Positions 38,421-53,337 are shown, numbered from the stretch's first letter. The stretch: 64,000 nt of DNA from Octopus bimaculoides (GCF_001194135.2 NC_068983.1:61547573-61611572); one strand, 5' to 3'. Made by a program: numbers and translations. The notes: generated by a model from the sequence alone, not told the origin.

Positions 38421-38786
38421 AGAACATTAAAATTTTTGTTAGTGCCCTGTTGATGCTACATGTTACCATCCTGCACATCACTGGGCCATGTGTGTGTGTA
38501 AGTGTGTGTGTGTATGGCTGGGTAAAGGCAGAACAAACCCATTCAGCCATTCTCCAGAACTGCCCTGTTAATGTTCCACACCTCCAATCCTGCACAACAC
38601 AGCATGGGCTGGCAGCATGTCTGCTTTCTATGTCATCCATGTCTGAACTATATAATGCAAAATGTTAATACAAAAAACAAACTGCTCTTGTGACTCACAG
38701 CCATTTGAGTTTGACCATGTGGTCACTTCTGGAAGCTACGTTCACCACCTGCAATTCCTTCCCCTGTTTAGTCAGACAAGTAAATA

Positions 38787-39269
38787 CAGTGTCCCAGAAT
38801 TAATGATGATTTGAGTGAAATTGGATGCAGTTTTTTAAAACTCATTTTTATTTATGTTTATCAAGCTTAACATGTGTTAAAAGAGTATAAATTTTGAATT
38901 TTGCTTATAATTTTATTTTCATTCTTGTTGGACCCCCTCTTATTTGTCCATGACAGTTTTTTTTCCAATTTGGCAGCAATAATTTTCTTTATCTCCATCC
39001 TCAGGATGGAGCAATTGTTTAGCTGAGCTTAAAGAACACATTCAGTTAGCAGTGCAGGAGCTAACTCCTGAAATGCTTCAAAATGTGTTTCACAATGCTA
39101 AGGAGAGATTTGACATATGAAGGAATACAGACATGTTAAAAATTTTCAATAAAAGTTTGACATAAGATTTATAAATCTATTTGTTTTGATAATAGACATA
39201 AAATCCTGTCAGTTTTTTTTTAATTTGCTCAATTTCATTGAAACAAATAGTTAATTCTGGAACACCCTG
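38787..39269 (+). mobile_element. Internally deleted Tc1/mariner element (MITE-like) with TIRs and TA TSD
   Basis: ta-CAGTGTCCCAGAATTAA ... TTAATTCTGGAACACCCTG-ta; internal ELKEHIQLAVQELTPEMLQNVF resembles a transposase C-terminus. Confidence 0.8.
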
Positions 39270-42247
39270 TATGATGTAGCATTGTTAGTTGTGTTGCTCA
39301 AGTAAATATTAAAACCAAAGGTCTTCTCGCTGTAAACATCCCATCTTTTTGTTAAGCATATTGTATCAAGGAGTATATTATCCAAAATGTATTTCTCCTT
39401 TATAGGTATGGCTGTGTGGTTGGGAAGCTTGCTTTCCTACCAGGTTGCCTTGGGTTCTATCCAACTGTGAGGCACATTGGGCAATTCTCTTTCATTACAA
39501 CTCCATGCCGACCAAAGCCTTGTGTATTATATAATTGCCATTACAATATTGATATATAAAATACCACATACAACTCACTTATTATTGTCATATAATAAAC
39601 AAACGGAAGTTTGTGCATGAAATTGATCTTTTTTCTACTTCAATTATTACATGTTTTTTTCTTATAAAATACACGCATACAAGAGGAGTAAATCTCTCTA
39701 TATAATAACACTTTAAATGTGGCTCCCGAGAAAGTATGAAAGTAATTACTCAATCAACGACATGTATTACTGCTAGCATTAAATGTTTATGCTATTTTGT
39801 ATTTTCTTCCCAGGTGCAGAGAATGATTTCAGGTTGCTATTTCTGGATAAATTAACATGGAAAATCCTTTATATTCATCTTATTGTGACAATTTGCCATC
39901 AATTTTGTGGATTAAAATAATGGCCAGTTCTTCCAAAGATGGCTTGCCTGATGAATTTGCCTTCAAAGGGGAAGGGATCTCTTCTAGGTTAAATTCAGTT
40001 TTGTTGGCATTGGCAGGCAAAAGAGAAGTTTTATTTCTCACACCTAAATATCTTGAAGAACATTGTCAAAGTTTTAAAGCAGGATTTTCTAAACCCTGGA
40101 ATTTTGCTCTCACATGTAGTTTCTCTTATTGTGGCTGGATATTATGTGACTCTAGGCCCACATTAATAAGATGTTTCTCAGCTCTTAACTCTCTCTGGAA
40201 ATTTACACTTTCTTTTATTTTATACTATTCTCTTACAAATATACACAACAAACAGTGAATTGTATATATTATTACTTAGTATTATTAAAGATGTTGAAGC
40301 TATTTCCCTTTCTCAACTTGTCATTACATCAACATTTAAACTCATAACATTACTAAATGGTACTTGTTTCGACAGTTTGTGTTCTGAGTTCAAATTCTAC
40401 CATGGCCTGCTTAGGTAGCAGATTTAATTTATTGCTTGGGTTTCTTTATCAGAGTCATCCACTCTGTTGTAAGAGTTCAGGTTAGGTCTTCATCTTAGCA
40501 ATACCTTCCATCTTGGGAATACCTTCTCCCAATCCCACCAGCTTCAGAAACCCAGTAAAAAGGTCAAGGGCATCACTCTTCTTACTTGACTGTTTGAAGA
40601 AAACAAAAGTTGCAATGCTGAATATTAGTTAATTCATATAACATAACATTTATACATTGTGTTTTGGGGCTTGGCTTGAAATGAAATCAAAATTTAGAAG
40701 GAGATTCACCTATTCAAACTCACTACATAATATACTGGCATCTTTCAAGTTTAAACTTCTAGATGTTTCAAACATGTTGGTCAGTAGGTAAATAGCAAGG
40801 TTTTTGTAAAATAAGAGAACACCTGTAATAATTTTGATCATTTTCCATCCTGTGGTAGCTGATCTATATACACTGGTTCTTGAAATATGGAGTTGTATTC
40901 ATAAAGTTAATTATAATTTGATAAAATTGGTGTTTAATGTAAAGCCACTTTTTAAATTTAGGTCCCCCTTTTTAAAATTTAAGGCCCCATTTTTATAATT
41001 TAGGGCCTTTTTACAGCATATGGCTAAATGTTGGGCCCAAATATAATTCTACCCTGGACTAATACCATCCACATATAGCCAGAAACACTGAAACTATGCT
41101 CTAACCTTAAAACGAAACCTCGTAGACATTAGGAAACTTTATTTTCATTTAAATAAAAAGCTTATATTTCATAGTAGAGAGAAGACATCTGAGACTATTA
41201 CCAAACCTCCATGTCATCATTTTAACATCCACTTTCCCATCCTTGCATGATTTAGTTGGAATTTGTTGAGGCAAATTGTCTATATCTGGGTACCCTTCCT
41301 GCCATCAATTTTCACCTGTTTCCTGGGAGGGTAATATTTTCCCCTTGACCAGACATACTTCCAAGAAAACTGGGAACAAATTACAGAGCTTGTATGATGA
41401 TGACGCTTGTTTACAGCTACTACATGATGTTAAGATAAGAAAACTCAAACACACATATAATCACACACATATGTAATATATACATATAAACAGGCTTCTT
41501 TAGGTTTCCATCTACCAAATTCAGTAAAGTGATCAATCTAGAAATGCTAGAGTACTGAACTGAAGGCTACATTAAATTAAGTTTCATCTCTGTAGGTTTT
41601 CGATTCAAACCCAAGTTTTTTGAAACACACCAACCATATATTAGCTCCTGTTGAAAAGATGTAAATGTTAGAAATAACAGCCAAGTCTCCTTCAAATCAT
41701 AACCTACAGCCTTTAATAAGAAAAACAGACATTATATTATGTTGTCCTATGTATCCCTAAAAAGACAGGGTGGTCATAGCTGGAATATATTCAACCATAT
41801 ATTGATCTACTTGGTCAGGATTAACCTAGGGTTAAACAACCTGTTCCATACAAAAATATGGATATGGAAATATAAATATAAAATGATAAGTTAGAGGAAT
41901 TAAAAAATTACTTTAAATAAGACAGTGCACTTAAAATACTCTTAAATGAGACAAGAACTATTTCAATAATCAATAATTATATTTGAATAAAACAGGAATT
42001 ATGTTTAAATATTGTCAAGCTTACTTAAATCTGAAAGGATCTATTTACACAATTCAGAGTAAATATACAAAACAAAGGATGATATTAACTCTAGTTAGGA
42101 AATATATGAGACATAATTGCAGAAATATTTAGACTTGTGCAGATGGTCTATGAAGACTTATAACCTTCAAAAGATTATTCTTCAAACATTAACATCAGAA
42201 AATATATTTTATTATACTTTGATAAATTAAAAAAAAAAATCCTTTAA

Positions 42248-42469
42248 CCCTTTTGTTACCATATTTCTGTTGAGATACTCTGTCTTTCTTTCAGTTGATT
42301 TTAAATATAACAAACAATTTAGTAAAATAACTTGGTTATCATTAATCTAGTGTTAGAAACACAAATTGTTACTAAGGTTTGGTGGAAGATTTTAATGCAG
42401 AACTTTTGAAAACAAACCATTTATATAACAGACTCAGAGTCAGTTTCAGGCAGTTTGGTATCAAAAGGG
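42248..42469. mobile_element. piggyBac-type MITE
   Basis: TTAA TSD (42244-47, 42470-73); TIRs CCCTTTTGTTACCA / TGGTATCAAAAGGG (13/14 match). Confidence 0.85.
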
Positions 42470-43224
42470 TTAAATATAGTTGAAAATAAAAATAAAATTC
42501 CTTTACATGGCAACCAACTAATTTAATCACATTTTTGAAGATGATTACCATTCACAGATGAAATATTCTGTCTATATCTAGCATTTTAGATTCAATTGAT
42601 GAATTACAGACGAGTTTTATTTACAAGAAGCAGAAGCCATAAGCAAACATTTGATTTATCAGTGAGACAACTTGATATGTAGCTGAAGCAATATTTACTT
42701 GGGATAAAATCTATATCAGCATGTGGCAAGGTCAATATTTACATGAGGTAAGATCTATATTTGCATGTGACAGAGATTAATGACATATAGCAAGAAGCGG
42801 CCTCAACCAGCCCAAATATTTTACCTGTTTTATGTTCAAACCAGTCAGATCCAGCCTCTCACACTTATCCTACAATGTCTTTCTAAAAATCAAAATCTTG
42901 AAGGTGTGAGACAATGCATAATTAATTCAAAACAATGTAAATAAATAAGCATTATATTTGACAGAGTAATCTGAATGCTAAAGAGTTAATATCAGGGACA
43001 GTGCAGACAATAGGATCATAAACGATACAGTTGGTTCTGTGGCAGAACCAGATGCAATTGTGGTACAACAATAGTTAACAATAAAGAACTTATGAAATGA
43101 AATTCTGATACCCACCAAGATGTCTCACTAGATATCTAATTATTGCTGTGCTGTGTTTTGTTAATGAAAGTATAGCTGCTATAGAACCAAAGGGATGGAA
43201 AATATTTAGGTAGTCAGTAAAAGA

Positions 43225-43274
<50 letters not shown>

Positions 43275-43409
43275 ATTCCTTCTCTCTTTTACTCATTCTC
43301 TGTAAAAGGCAAANNNNNNNNNNNNNNNNNNNNNNNNNNNNNNNNNNNNNNNNNNNNNNNNNNNNNNNNNNNNNNNNNNNNNNNNNNTATTTAGGTAGTC
43401 AGTAAAAGA

Positions 43410-43459
<50 letters not shown>

Positions 43460-44589
43460 ATTCCTTCTCTCTTTTACTCATTCTCTGTAAAAGGCAAACT
43501 TCATGAAATTTGTGTAAGAAGTATTATGTTTTATGACAGTGAGACATGACACTGACTGTGGAAAATCTGTGGAAATTGAAGTGTGTGATCCACTGGCTCT
43601 ATAAGTGATGTGATCCACTGGTTCTATAATGTTTATCTTCCATGGGAAGATTGGGTAAAAGAGAGCTAAAAGAAAAACTAAGCATTTAAAGCATCAATCG
43701 AAGTGTGCAGGAGAAATGATTCCACTGATGTAGACTTATAATGTGAATGAACATTGAGTGCTGGATTTCAAAAATGCAAAGTGGTATTTGCTGTCGTTTG
43801 CTTACTCCAGGCCATCCTAACTCAGTTGACTTATAATGAAAGGTATTGTCAATTGTATCCTTTAACCAGATATAGTGTATGTAGGACTATATAATAATCA
43901 TTTCAAGGCTGTCTTGCTGGCTAGTGCTGTTGAATGAACAGAAAGATTTATGAAGAAGCCTTGAGTTCAGTTGTCAGGATGCTGGGTCTTACAGATGAGA
44001 CAACAAAAATGCTACAACTGATGATATGCTGGATATCTAAACTGTTTAACAGATTCAAACATAGAAACTGGATAATCCTTGATGCTACTGATAATGATGC
44101 TATTGATGGTGGAAGCAATATATATGGGATAGAGATATACTCATACAACACAACAACCAACAAACAGCATAGTTTACCTCAAACACACATTTTGCTTCAC
44201 TTCTACAAATTTATTACTTCACTAGACATGTACATTAAAATTTAAAATAGAAATACTGTATAGATTGATAGGTTCTTTGAGATACAAAGAGACAGATGTT
44301 GCAACAAAGCATTCATACAACAATTAGATTACAGTCTTGTCTTTCATTATTTCCCAGTTTTTTCTTTGTTTATTCATTTGTTTGTTTTACGTTTGTTTTT
44401 CCATGATGACATGGATGAATTACTGGTATATTTTACTGTTAGATGCCCTTCTTGTTGCAAATCCATATCTATTGTCAAAAGAAGGATGCTTTTTTCCTCT
44501 TTGAAAGCTAGATGATTTTCTTGATAGGGAATATCAACAACTGTTATTGTTTTTAGTTCAATGCATTTATGCAAAGCTGTAAAATGTAA

Positions 44590-44652
<63 letters not shown>

Positions 44653-44899
44653 AGGCACATGCACACACAAACATACATATATGTGTGTGTATAAGGCTAG
44701 GGGCTGCACGAGGTTCCATGGTTTGTTTTGACTTGGTTTCTTCAGTTGGATGCCCTTCCTAATGCCAACTACTTTACAAAGTATACTGGGTTTTTGGTTG
44801 ATCTCAAAATGCTGAGAAAGAGATGACAGAGGATCAAGATATGTGACACATTGCAGTACTCCAGAAGACTAGGCTGCCACAACAGAATTGATATCTTAA

Positions 44900-45130
44900 A
44901 ACCAAGGTGCCATGTAAAAAAACATTGGTGTGGGTGCTGGTGCCACATAAAAAGCACTGGTGCTGGTTCCACATAAAAAGTACTAATGATGGTGCCATGT
45001 AAAAAGCAGCCAGTACACTTTGTAAAGTGGTTGGCAGTAGGAAGGGCATGCAGCTACAGAAACCATACCAAAACAGACCATGGAAACTTGTGCAGCCCCT
45101 GACCTTGTCAGTTCCTGTGTTAATCTTGGC
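44900..45130 (+). mobile_element. (GAT)n-family SINE fragment with four tandem modules
   Basis: Repeated ggtgcca(c/t)(a/g)taaaaagcac, then ggttggcagtaggaagggcat. Confidence 0.65.
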
Positions 45131-45155
45131 TTTCCTGCTGATGATAGCTGGCCTT

Positions 45156-45316
45156 GCCGCTTCCGCCGCCGCTTCCGCCGCCGCTTCCGCCGCCGCTTCC
45201 GCCGCCGCTTCCGCNNNNNNNNNNNNNNNNNNNNNNNNNNNNNNNNNNNNNNNNNNNNNNNNNNNNNNNNNNNNNNNNNNNNNNNCCGCCGCCGCCTCCG
45301 CCGCCGCCTCCGCCGC
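45156..45316. repeat. CpG-rich 12-bp minisatellite (GCCGCTTCCGCC / GCCGCCTCCGCC) spanning a gap
   Basis: Seen directly on both sides of the 45215-45285 gap. Confidence 0.85.
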
Positions 45317-45499
45317 ATGTGACATGGCTCATCTTCAGAAGGATTGTCCTACTAAAAAACATTCAAGGTAATGTTGTGTGAGGCTTGTCATTCGGAAAGT
45401 CTCACAGGGTGCAGTCTGCCTATGTCTGTCCTAAAATGATGAAGTCTTTATGGCTGGAATAGTTCTTGTTGTAGGTCTGATAAATCAGGAATAACCTGG

Positions 45500-46790
<1,291 letters not shown>

Positions 46791-47173
46791 CTTGTTTTCC
46801 TTTTGTTGTATTGAAGGTATTGTGCAAGTATTTTGGGAATATTTTCTTCATCATCTCAGAGAAATAAATGTTTGCATCAACAAAAGAAATGCTTTGTTTG
46901 TTTAAATCTCTATTTATTCATTTAATTATTGCTTCTGTTTTCTTTAGATTTTCTATATGCGTGTGTGTATGTGTATATGTGTAAACTGTAGATTAGAAAA
47001 AAATCTACAGATGATGTAAAAAGTTGCTTGATAGGATAGGTATAAGAAGATTGGGACCTATGGATATCTCATGGGACTCTAAGTCTGTGTATGACTAGTT
47101 CCTTACTTAAGTGAAGAACTGGCATAATGATTAGAGCACTTGGCACCTTGAGTTCAAATCTAGCTGAAGTCAA

Positions 47174-47640
47174 AGACCCAAAAATGAACCAAATCCTCAA
47201 AACACATACAATCATCAAAAGTAAGGGGCAACCAAAATCAATGAAAAAGATTTTAACCCAGGCCAAATTACACTCAACAATAACCACTAAACCAACAGTA
47301 AAAAAATGCAGGAGACCCAACTATGGGATTTGTGTCAACTTAATAGAAGGATCGGAACACCGATTAGAACAAAGTCATAATTTCACAATAAAAACTAATT
47401 TTACATGTGCATCGGAGAACTTGATCTACCTAATTACATGCTCTGGATGCAAACGGCAATATATTGGACACACTAAAACAGCCTGCGTCGGAGAATGGCG
47501 GTACACAAATCCCAAATTAGGATCCCGGAAAACAGGAAAATACCTCTCAGTCAGCACATCGACGAATGTGCTTACAACAAATTTCCCAAATTCACAATGT
47601 TTCCACTATACAAATTCATTATATTCGTTTGTGTGAAATA
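47174..47640 (+). mobile_element. Penelope-like element linker + GIY-YIG endonuclease fragment
   Basis: QPKSMKKILTQAK linker, then FTCASENLIYLITCSGCKRQYIGHTK (IY..YIG with CxxC); frameshifted afterwards. Confidence 0.85.
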
Positions 47641-47699
47641 AGTCTAAGGGTAAGGACTAAAAAAACCCTATATTACTTAATAAGTCACTTATATTCGCC

Positions 47700-49030
47700 A
47701 AGAATAGGACTAATTTATCAATGAATGAAATTAAAATAATAATCGAAGCTAGAAAAACTATAATCTCTCATCAAGGTAAATATTGGATTAGGAAGAATAC
47801 TCCAGATTATTTCGATATACCCGTGGGCGCGCAAGACTCCGCTGAAGTCACCGACTTTGTTGGAATTTGCCTTTTACATTTACTCAAAGATGAATTCCCT
47901 GAATTGGAAGGTGGTCTTTACCGCGACGACGCACTATTCTTAGTTAGAAATACCTCCAACAGGAAACTTGAGCTATACAAAAAAAGATTACACAAATTCT
48001 TCAAGAGCCAAGGACTAGCCATCACCATTGAAAACGATAACAACTCAGTCAACTTCTGAGACGTTAATACATCATCATATCAACCTTACCATAAACCTAA
48101 CAACAATATCACATACATACATGCACAAAGTAACCATCCTTATAATATTATAAAAAATCTTAACTCTAACATAGAAAGTAGAATTAACTTATCCAATGAA
48201 GAAACTTTTAACAAGCACAAAGACTACTACAATCTAGCACTTAAGAAGGCAGGATACAAATATCGAATTAAGTACAACAAAAACAATAGCACCTATTCTA
48301 ATTATACCAATAATTATCAAGATAAGAACAATACCGATCATATTACTGAACCCACATCAACTGGTAAATTAGAAAACCCTGACACTTAATTAAATTCTCT
48401 CAATAATAATCATCAGCAATACATTAGCAACAGACACAAATCCTACAAGAACAATAAACATAATAATAAACACTATAAATATGAGCACCACAACCCTAAC
48501 CTCACTAAAAGAACTATTAACCCTAATATTACCAACCCACAAATCATCAAATACACTGTTAATACTGTAATTAAACCCAAGTAAACAGGCAATAAATACC
48601 GAAAACAAAATAACTATAGATTGAAATAAGAACATGAAACCTACACACTTAAAATTCAAACTTATCCCACTACATTTCCTCCTTCTAATAATTTACATGA
48701 CCGCAAAAATCATATTAATAAAGTTAGGAATAATATAGAAAAAAAAAGAAACCTATACCATATGTAAGAATAGATAACCCACAAAATATAAACCACTACG
48801 ATAATAAAGAAAACAACAATAACATCATTTGGATCATAATTCCTTTTGCAAAACATCTAAAATCTAATTTTATTAGGTCCATGAGAAATGTTTTTTTTTT
48901 AAAAAAAAACTTTTTAAACTCTAAATCTGCAAAAATATTTAATAACAAAATGATCAGATTTAGATTTTCAGTATCTCCAAACCTATTTAGAATCATCTCT
49001 TCATTTAACAATAAGAAACTAGACCAATTC
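47700..49030 (+). mobile_element. Penelope-like element RT and linker, degenerate
   Basis: FDIPVGAQDSAEVTDFVG, GLYRDDAL, YHKPNNNITYIHAQSNHP, and NIIWIIIPFAK..KIFNNKMIRFRFSVSPNL. Asn-rich low-complexity stretch at ~48290-48800. Confidence 0.85.
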
Positions 49031-50214
49031 TATTATAAAAAGCTCCTTCTAATATTCCTAACCCCAATAACTCCATATTTAATAACAGCAATTATCAGAA
49101 TAACCTCTACTTAAATTACACTCGCATATATATACATTATTTTTATGTAATCTATTTCTTTTACCATGTGTACTTAGATACACCACTCTCTCACCTATTC
49201 TAAACATTATTATTATTATCATTATTATTATTATTACTATCGTCATCATAATTTCCTATTGCCAATCTGTAAGTTACTTTTTACTTTTTACTATTGATAT
49301 TTGAAAACATCTCTTTTCAGAGTTATTTATTTTGAATTGTTATTATCTAATACCTGATTAGCCTGTTATAGCGTAACATGCCTCACGACTTTAGTATACG
49401 TACCTTATTAGTATTTCCTCCTATGTTCTATATACTCTGAGAACGCATTAAAACCCTTTTCGGAGCTACCTTATTTGAATTCTTACTATCGGGTACCTAA
49501 TTTCCTGTTATGACATAACTAACTTCACAATTTGGGTATTCATAACTTATTGGAAATTCCTAAAAACAAGATCCTCTGTAAGACAATTGGGTATTCTCTG
49601 TAAATGCACAAAAACCATTTTAAGGGCTACATACTTTGTATTGTTGGTATTGGATTAGCGAAACAATTATGAGAACGGAACCAAGGGATAAGCCCCGCTT
49701 TCCTGGGAATTACCGAGTACGTCAGCTAGTATATATATATATATATATATATTATATTTTACTTCTTGTGATAAATGCTTTATATGGAATGTTTCTTAAA
49801 CATTTCTCGCTTATATTTTCAAACAACCGTTAGCCGTATCAGTTATTGTTCATACACAACTAGACTCAACACTGTCTTAGCATGTTTTTATCTTCCGTAA
49901 GTATATTATACATATCCGAATATATTATGTGGCACTCACTCTATCTAATCTTCTGTAACAATATAATATTCTGATGTATTATTTTTTATGTATTCTTTTG
50001 TTCGCACTGAAGGGAACAGTAATATGTAAATGATTTAATTATAATTATAATTAGATTAATTTCTAATTTTTTACCATGTTATTAGTATTACCGTTCAAAA
50101 CAATCGTATGCATAGATGAAGTAAAAGAAAATTTTAACACCTTCTTTGCTCCATCTTTAATTATTTTTTGAGTTTCTATAGAATACGAGTTCTATAAAGG
50201 CTGATAACATAACT

Positions 50215-50260
<46 letters not shown>

Positions 50261-50264
<4 letters not shown>

Positions 50265-52214
50265 CTACTAATTGTCGTTTAACAAATTTGTAATCCGGAT
50301 TCCTTTTTCATTTCTTTTCAGTTAGAATTGGAGGCACGCCGACTTAGGCGTGATAATAAAACAAAAAGACGTTGTACAAAATCACTCTCCATCAAGATGG
50401 CTTCTGAAAAAAAAAACCGGAAAATATCGGATGAAAATAGGACATTTCAAGAATGTTGGGAAGATAGCTACTTTGTGATCCAAAGTCAAGCACGTTCAAG
50501 TGGGAAATGACAGATTCAGTATCTTATTTGCCTGCAGAAATTGCCGTTCCCAAAGGGTACAATATCAAGCGTCACTACAATTCACAGCATCAAGACTTTG
50601 ATAAGTTCGAAGGCAAATTAAGACATGATAAACTTTGTCAACTGAAATCATCTCTATCACAACAGACACATATTTTCAACAAAGTGCACAAATCGCCAGA
50701 AGATGTTGTAAAGGCCAACTATGTAGTCAGTCAAATGATTGCATAGACATCACCCTTTTACTGAAGGTCAATTCGTGAAAGACTGTTTGGTGAATGTTGC
50801 CCAAATCCTCTGTTCAAAAAATATGAAAATCTTTTCTGAAATTAGTCTTTCTGCTAACACAGTTGCTCGACGAATTACAGAAATGTCAACCAGTGTGGAG
50901 AAGCAGTTAATTTCATTATCTCAAAATTTTGATGTGTACTTCCTGGCACTTGATGAGAGTACTGGTATGTGTAACACTGCATTTTGTGCAATTTTCATTC
51001 GTGGCATTGACAAAGACCTCAAAGTGATCGAAGAACCTTTCGACTTAGTCCCATTGAAAGACACGACAACAGGAAGAGATGTTTTTAAAGCGTTGGAAAG
51101 TACCGTCAAAGGTGCTGGTTTGAAGTGGGAGAAGCTTGTGTCCGTAGCAACTGATGGAGCACCTGCAATGTGTTCTGAAAACTGGGGTGATTGGCTTAGT
51201 TAAGCAAAGCAACTTGAACTTGGCTATCAACCTGTTGTACCTGTTCATTGCCTGATTCATCAAGAGGCCATCTGTGGAAAAACAGTGAAGCTACGAAATG
51301 TCATAGATGTTGTGGTAAAAATCGTAAATATCATCAGAGTACGCAGTTTGAATCATCGCCAATTAAGACCTTCCTGGAGAAAATGGATAGTATAAATGGA
51401 GTACTGCTTTATCACTCTGAGGTACGCTGGCTAAGTCGGGGTAATGTTTTGGAGAGATTCTTTGCACTTAGGGAAGAAATAGATATGTTCATGGCCACGA
51501 AGCCAACAGATGTTCCAGAATTGGGTGATGATGATTTTTGTACATGTTTGGCTTTCCTTGTTGACACCACCAAGCACCTGAATACACTCATTTTGAAACA
51601 CCAAGGTGAGTCAAACATGATTATGCTAATGAGTGACAACATCACTGCTTTGAAAATGAGACTAAGTCTGTGGGAGAAACAATTACTACTAAAAAACTTT
51701 GACCATTTCTCATCGCTGAAAACGTTGAATTCAGTAGATTGTGATGCATCACAGGAGTGTGTGGAATTTATCAACAAACTGCAGAGGGAATTTGACAGAC
51801 AGTTCAAAGAGTTGAAGGAAATGAAGCCACAGCTTGATGTGTTTTCGAAACCCTTTGCTGTTGATGTTAATGATGTTCCTTTCTCTATTCAAATTAGATC
51901 TATTTACATCACATGTGATTCAGCATTAAAACAAAAGTTTTCATACATTGGAATTCTTCAGTTCTACACCTATGTTGACCCTGTGAATTATCCAAACGTC
52001 ATATGTTTGTTTAAAAAAAGTGTTGTGTATGTTTGGAAGCACATATGTGTGTGAGAAGTTTTTTCAACTTTAAAATTGAATAAGACTTACCTGCGTTCCA
52101 TGCCGATAGATGAACATTTAAAATCATCCTTGACAATAACCAGAACAATAATGCATGGAATTTCCAAGATGGTTAAGAAAAGTAACCAGTAGTTTTGAAC
52201 AGAGAGTACATTAC

Positions 52215-52247
<33 letters not shown>

Positions 52248-52534
52248 NNNNNNNNNNATATATATATATATATGTATGTATTATATGCCATAAATATGTC
52301 TAACCATCATTGTCATCAGTTGTTGAGGAATAAATATGCTGTCTTTGCTTGAGAATCGAATTCTGGCGTCTTGATTTATGATCTGTTACTATGGAAATAA
52401 TGGGAATCAGCATCAGGTATAGCTTTTTGTTTTTTGAAAGAATTCCAAGCACACGCAGAATAAATTCTGTAGTCCTTTAAGACCCCCACCGGCATGAGGT
52501 GTGGCCCTTGAGTCATTTGAATTGGAAACCTCTG
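50261..52534 (+). mobile_element. hAT (Buster/Charlie, GTF2IRD2/SPIN-like) transposon, 5' TIR missing
   Basis: Transposase relic 50397-~52150: RTFQECWE, YNIKRHY, PFTEGQFVKDC, LSANTVARRI, LALDEST, TDGAPAM, HCLIHQE, VRWLSRGNVLERF. Right TIR TTGGAAACCTCTG ends at 52534, followed by ctttagac (nnnTAnnn). Confidence 0.92.
50397..52150 (+). pseudogene. Frameshifted hAT transposase pseudo-CDS
   Basis: Motifs spread over ORFs 50328-50510, 50507-50746, 50739-51203 and 51248-52054, with several frameshifts. Confidence 0.9.
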
Positions 52535-53115
52535 CTTTAGACAATGTGTTCTTAGGTTCTTTGCAAATAGGTAAAAACAAAGACAAAAACAAAGAAGCCA
52601 GACGATCATTTTTGGAACGTTTTAGGTCATATGTCTGCCCATCTGGAGCTAACCACTACCACCACCACCACGAACAACATCAACAACATCAACCACATGT
52701 TACTACCTACTGTTGTGGGAGCTAGACAACAACAACGACTTGAAATGAAAAACAATAATAATAATAACATTAAATACCTTTACTTCTGTATTTTAATAAG
52801 GTATTAGTTATCCAGGAATGTGGTGCCTTGCAGTGACTGTGTAATAAATGGCTATGGTGACTGGAAAAAATGTCAAGTTGAATAGCAAATGATTGTGCAT
52901 GTATTTATGCAGTAACAATAAAGTAAAAGCGAATTTTAAAGTAATCTAAGATTAACGTATTGACTGAGATATTTGACTGACTGGATAAAAAAAAAATCAT
53001 TTGTAACCGTAACAAACATCTGTTGCTTTCCTCTTATAATTTCCTTTAACACAAATCTGATAGCACGATTCTTATCAGCAATCAATGCGAGCTACTCTGC
53101 CATTTGTTATATATG

Positions 53116-53147
<32 letters not shown>

Positions 53148-53337
53148 TGTATGTATGTATGTATGTATGTATGTATGTATATGACTTCTTGATAGTATCT
53201 TTCTGCTTTTAAATATGCTCGTAAATATATTGTCAGATTCATAATCAACCTCATTTTCAAAGTAAAAATAAGAAAACAAAAGTCTTGTAACTTCGACTGA
53301 TACATACATACATACATACATACATACATACATACAT

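Noticed and set aside
43204-43498. ~110-bp direct repeat across a gap
   Set aside because: Same pattern with identical copies; assembly overlap artefact.
49640-49735. ctagctgacgtactcggtaattcccagg end in (TA)n as a Helitron-like terminus
   Set aside because: Resemblance from memory only; the other end could not be identified.
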